Source: Methanomassiliicoccaceae archaeon (GTDB lineage Archaea; Thermoplasmatota; Thermoplasmata; Methanomassiliicoccales; Methanomassiliicoccaceae). Taken from it: a stretch of 64,000 nt of DNA. The position numbers were made by a program, and so were the translations under genes. Shown piece by piece: positions 61,616 through 64,000 of the stretch (position 1 is its first letter; the number at the start of each line of letters is the position of its first letter). The notes under the pieces were generated by a model, which saw only the letters and a program-made list of their open reading frames with translations, had not been told where the DNA came from and made no database searches. The DNA lies in NCBI GenBank assembly GCA_040776945.1, contig JAXGZN010000002.1, forward strand, positions 576,001-640,000, in the 5' to 3' direction.

Positions 61616-62440
61616 TCACTCCTTGGAGGGGGCCTTTCGGAAACGCACCCCGCAGGAAGGGCACTTGTTATCGCTGTCGGTCACTACTTCATGACACACC
61701 GGACAAAGGACCGCCTCGTCCTCGTCCTTCCTCTTGCCCCTAGTGACCATTGGCAGGTAACGGATCACAGCATAGACCATCAGCGCGGATGCCACGATGG
61801 AAACGCCCCAGGCCAGAGCGCCCGTCAGTATGCCTGCGGATACGACATAGATGTCCAGCACGTAGACCCCGATGCCCATGGCAAGCAGACCGCCTGGAAC
61901 AAACTGGGGCGTTCGAACGGTCCTCAGGGGAAGGCGCCTTACTGCCTCCCCGGGCTTAACGGGCTCTGCCGAGGCCTCCATAGGCGGCCTGATCGGATCG
62001 TCCTGTACAAGGGCGGGCTGTGGGGCCGCTGCCGGAGCTTCCGCTTCCGTCATCTCAGGGACCGTTTCGGGCGGTGTGTCCGGCGAGCTGTCGACGGCGG
62101 CATGGACGATATCGTCCCCGCGGTCCTCCAAGCTCAGGTCAGGAGGCAGCTCCAGGCGGGTCTCGATGCTCTTCTCTGCTACAGGCATCTCCGCTGGTCT
62201 TTTCATGGTCAGCTCGATCCTGGAGCGAACGGACGTATCCATGTCCGAGAGCTCGACGTCACGCCCGATGCGCTCCAGGTCGTTCACTTGCCCCATCCAG
62301 TCATCGGTAGCGGCCTTGAAGTCCCAGCCGCAGAAATCGCATTGGTAAGCACCTTGGCGATTTCTAAGCCCGCAGCGAGGGCATTCCTTCAGACCAGATG
62401 ACCTTTCCATGGACCTGCCGAGCGTCGGATTATCCTCCAT
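61616..62440 (-). CDS. Membrane protein with N- and C-terminal zinc ribbons and a Pro/Glu-rich linker
   Basis: CPRCG..CDFCG, two TMs, CPVC..CPSCG; start uncertain. Confidence 0.75.
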   Translation of the reverse strand: MEDNPTLGRSMERSSGLKECPRCGLRNRQGAYQCDFCGWDFKAATDDWMGQVNDLERIGRDVELSDMDTSVRSRIELTMKRPAEMPVAEKSIETRLELPPDLSLEDRGDDIVHAAVDSSPDTPPETVPEMTEAEAPAAAPQPALVQDDPIRPPMEASAEPVKPGEAVRRLPLRTVRTPQFVPGGLLAMGIGVYVLDIYVVSAGILTGALAWGVSIVASALMVYAVIRYLPMVTRGKRKDEDEAVLCPVCHEVVTDSDNKCPSCGVRFRKAPSKE

Positions 62441-63589
62441 TATTATAATCATTTTGTCAGAAAACTCACCTTTTGAGATATAGTCGCGGCACCATGGACG
62501 ATGGTCCTTGATGCGTTCCATGTCATTAATGCAGACCTCTCTTTGCCGGCGGCAGATCCCGATCGTCCGTTTTGGATCGACCCGAAGATCAAGCCCCGCT
62601 CCTCTCTGTCCACCGGCAGTTACCAGCTTGAGTCGGACGGCGCTTTTTGCACGGTCCTTTAGATCGCGATTTAGTGAACATCATCGCCCGGCCTCTGCTA
62701 CGGCCGGGAGATGACCGCGCTGTCCACGGGCCACGGGTCGGAAAAGATAGAGGAACTGCTGCTCCAGCTCCTGGACGCTGGAACGGTCCGGTGATGGCCT
62801 CAGGGGCCCCCAAAAATGGACATCAGCACTAAGATGCGGTGAAGGGATCGAAAATCTTTCAGATCGGCTCCCTTTCCTGCGACCCTCCCTATGTGAAAGG
62901 ATGCTCATATGGCTCAGGTTGCCGCAGTGACGGTGCATAATTTTGCGCCCCTTCGACGTTCTTGACCACAAGTCTCGACGGCAATATGGGGGGCAGCGTT
63001 CCCTCGGGCAAGCCAACACCTCTGCCTGGAAAGGACCATTGCTGCGATATCCTGGCATGGAAGGGTCTTCCTCGAAGAACAGCCCATTTGATCAGAGATC
63101 ATCGATCGGTGATCTGGTTCAGGTCGTCCATTGCTGCGGTGGAAGGCCTCGGCAACCGAGCTCGAAGTTATATGCCGGCTCATCGGGACACATAAGGATG
63201 GCCGCAAGGCCGTTGGCACCGATGGGCTCTTAGACGCCTTCGTTCGGACCCTCACTTGATATGGTAATTCGCCACCATCATTGAGCACGGGCGGCCAAGG
63301 CTTTGGCCGCGCGGCGGATGTCATCGGCCTTGGCACTATGGTCCATCCTTCATGCCAGATCCTTCCAGAGGGCGACCTGGTCAGCGGCATTTATGAATGT
63401 GGCCGATCAATGAGAACCAAACTCGAGCAGCATCTTGGAAGACGGGTCCCCGAAGGTTCTACACACTTTGACCGGCACAGAATGCCCGTGAGAAGCTAGC
63501 TCTGCATTAAGCAACTATCTGCTGTCCGGTCACCCAGGTGAGGATGGAAGGGGAAATTTAATTAGAATGTAACCAAATAGAGAATCAAA

Positions 63590-64000
63590 ATGAGGATTCT
63601 AGTTCTCTGCGTGGACCGGGACGATGACTTCGGTGTCAAGGCCGGTCTCAACAGTCCTTTCGTCGGCCGGGAGGAAAATCTCAAAGCAGCTATAGGGCTG
63701 GGCCTCAAGGACGCTGAAGACTCAGATACCAACACCCTTCTGGCGGCCATAAGCATCTACGATGAGATGATCAAGAAGGGAATGGACGTGGAGATCGCCA
63801 CCATTTGCGGGGACGTGCACGTTGGATACGAGAGCGATCTGGTGCTCTCTACACAGCTGGAGACCGTATTGGGCCTTGTAAGGCCTGACCGGGTCGTGCT
63901 GGTCTCCGACGGAGCTGAGGATGAGTACATCTATCCCGTGGTCTCTTCGAGGGTGAAGGTCGACTCCGTGCGCAAGGTCTTTGTCAAGCAGGTGCCCACG
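63590..64000 (+). CDS. DUF373-family protein (partial, runs off the window)
   Basis: MRILVLCVDRDDDFG.KAG..P..GRE, EDSD.N, VSDGAEDE. Confidence 0.88.
   Translation, partial: MRILVLCVDRDDDFGVKAGLNSPFVGREENLKAAIGLGLKDAEDSDTNTLLAAISIYDEMIKKGMDVEIATICGDVHVGYESDLVLSTQLETVLGLVRPDRVVLVSDGAEDEYIYPVVSSRVKVDSVRKVFVKQVPT

Overview
Archaeal chromosomal window, about 60% GC by eye, gene-dense and mostly housekeeping. The gene set (psmB-aCPSF1, rps19e-rpl39e-rpl31e-eif6, archaeal LeuRS, Taw1, RFC-L, DUF373) and TATA/GGTGA signals indicate a euryarchaeote. Methanomassiliicoccales (Thermoplasmatota) is my inference and is not proven. Contents: two ABC transporters, a UbiA prenyltransferase convergent with a radical SAM gene, a seven-gene SPFH/zinc-ribbon/NfeD membrane cluster, a Tad-like pilus assembly locus, a por/ior 2-oxoacid:ferredoxin oxidoreductase operon, a low-GC decayed islet next to tRNA-Leu(TAG), and an intact IS5-family element (16-bp TIRs, target duplication) that splits an MBL-fold hydrolase gene. 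The best candidate for an undescribed system is a tandem ribbon-helix-helix regulator followed by a truncated FtsZ that has only the GTP-binding domain (no T7 loop, no C-terminal domain). A 16-bp direct-repeat motif, TATGACAAWDTAYGAC, occurs twice upstream of this regulator and once upstream of an uncharacterised gene 15 kb away, suggesting a small regulon. No CRISPR array or rRNA was seen. All family calls come from motif recognition by eye, not database searches.
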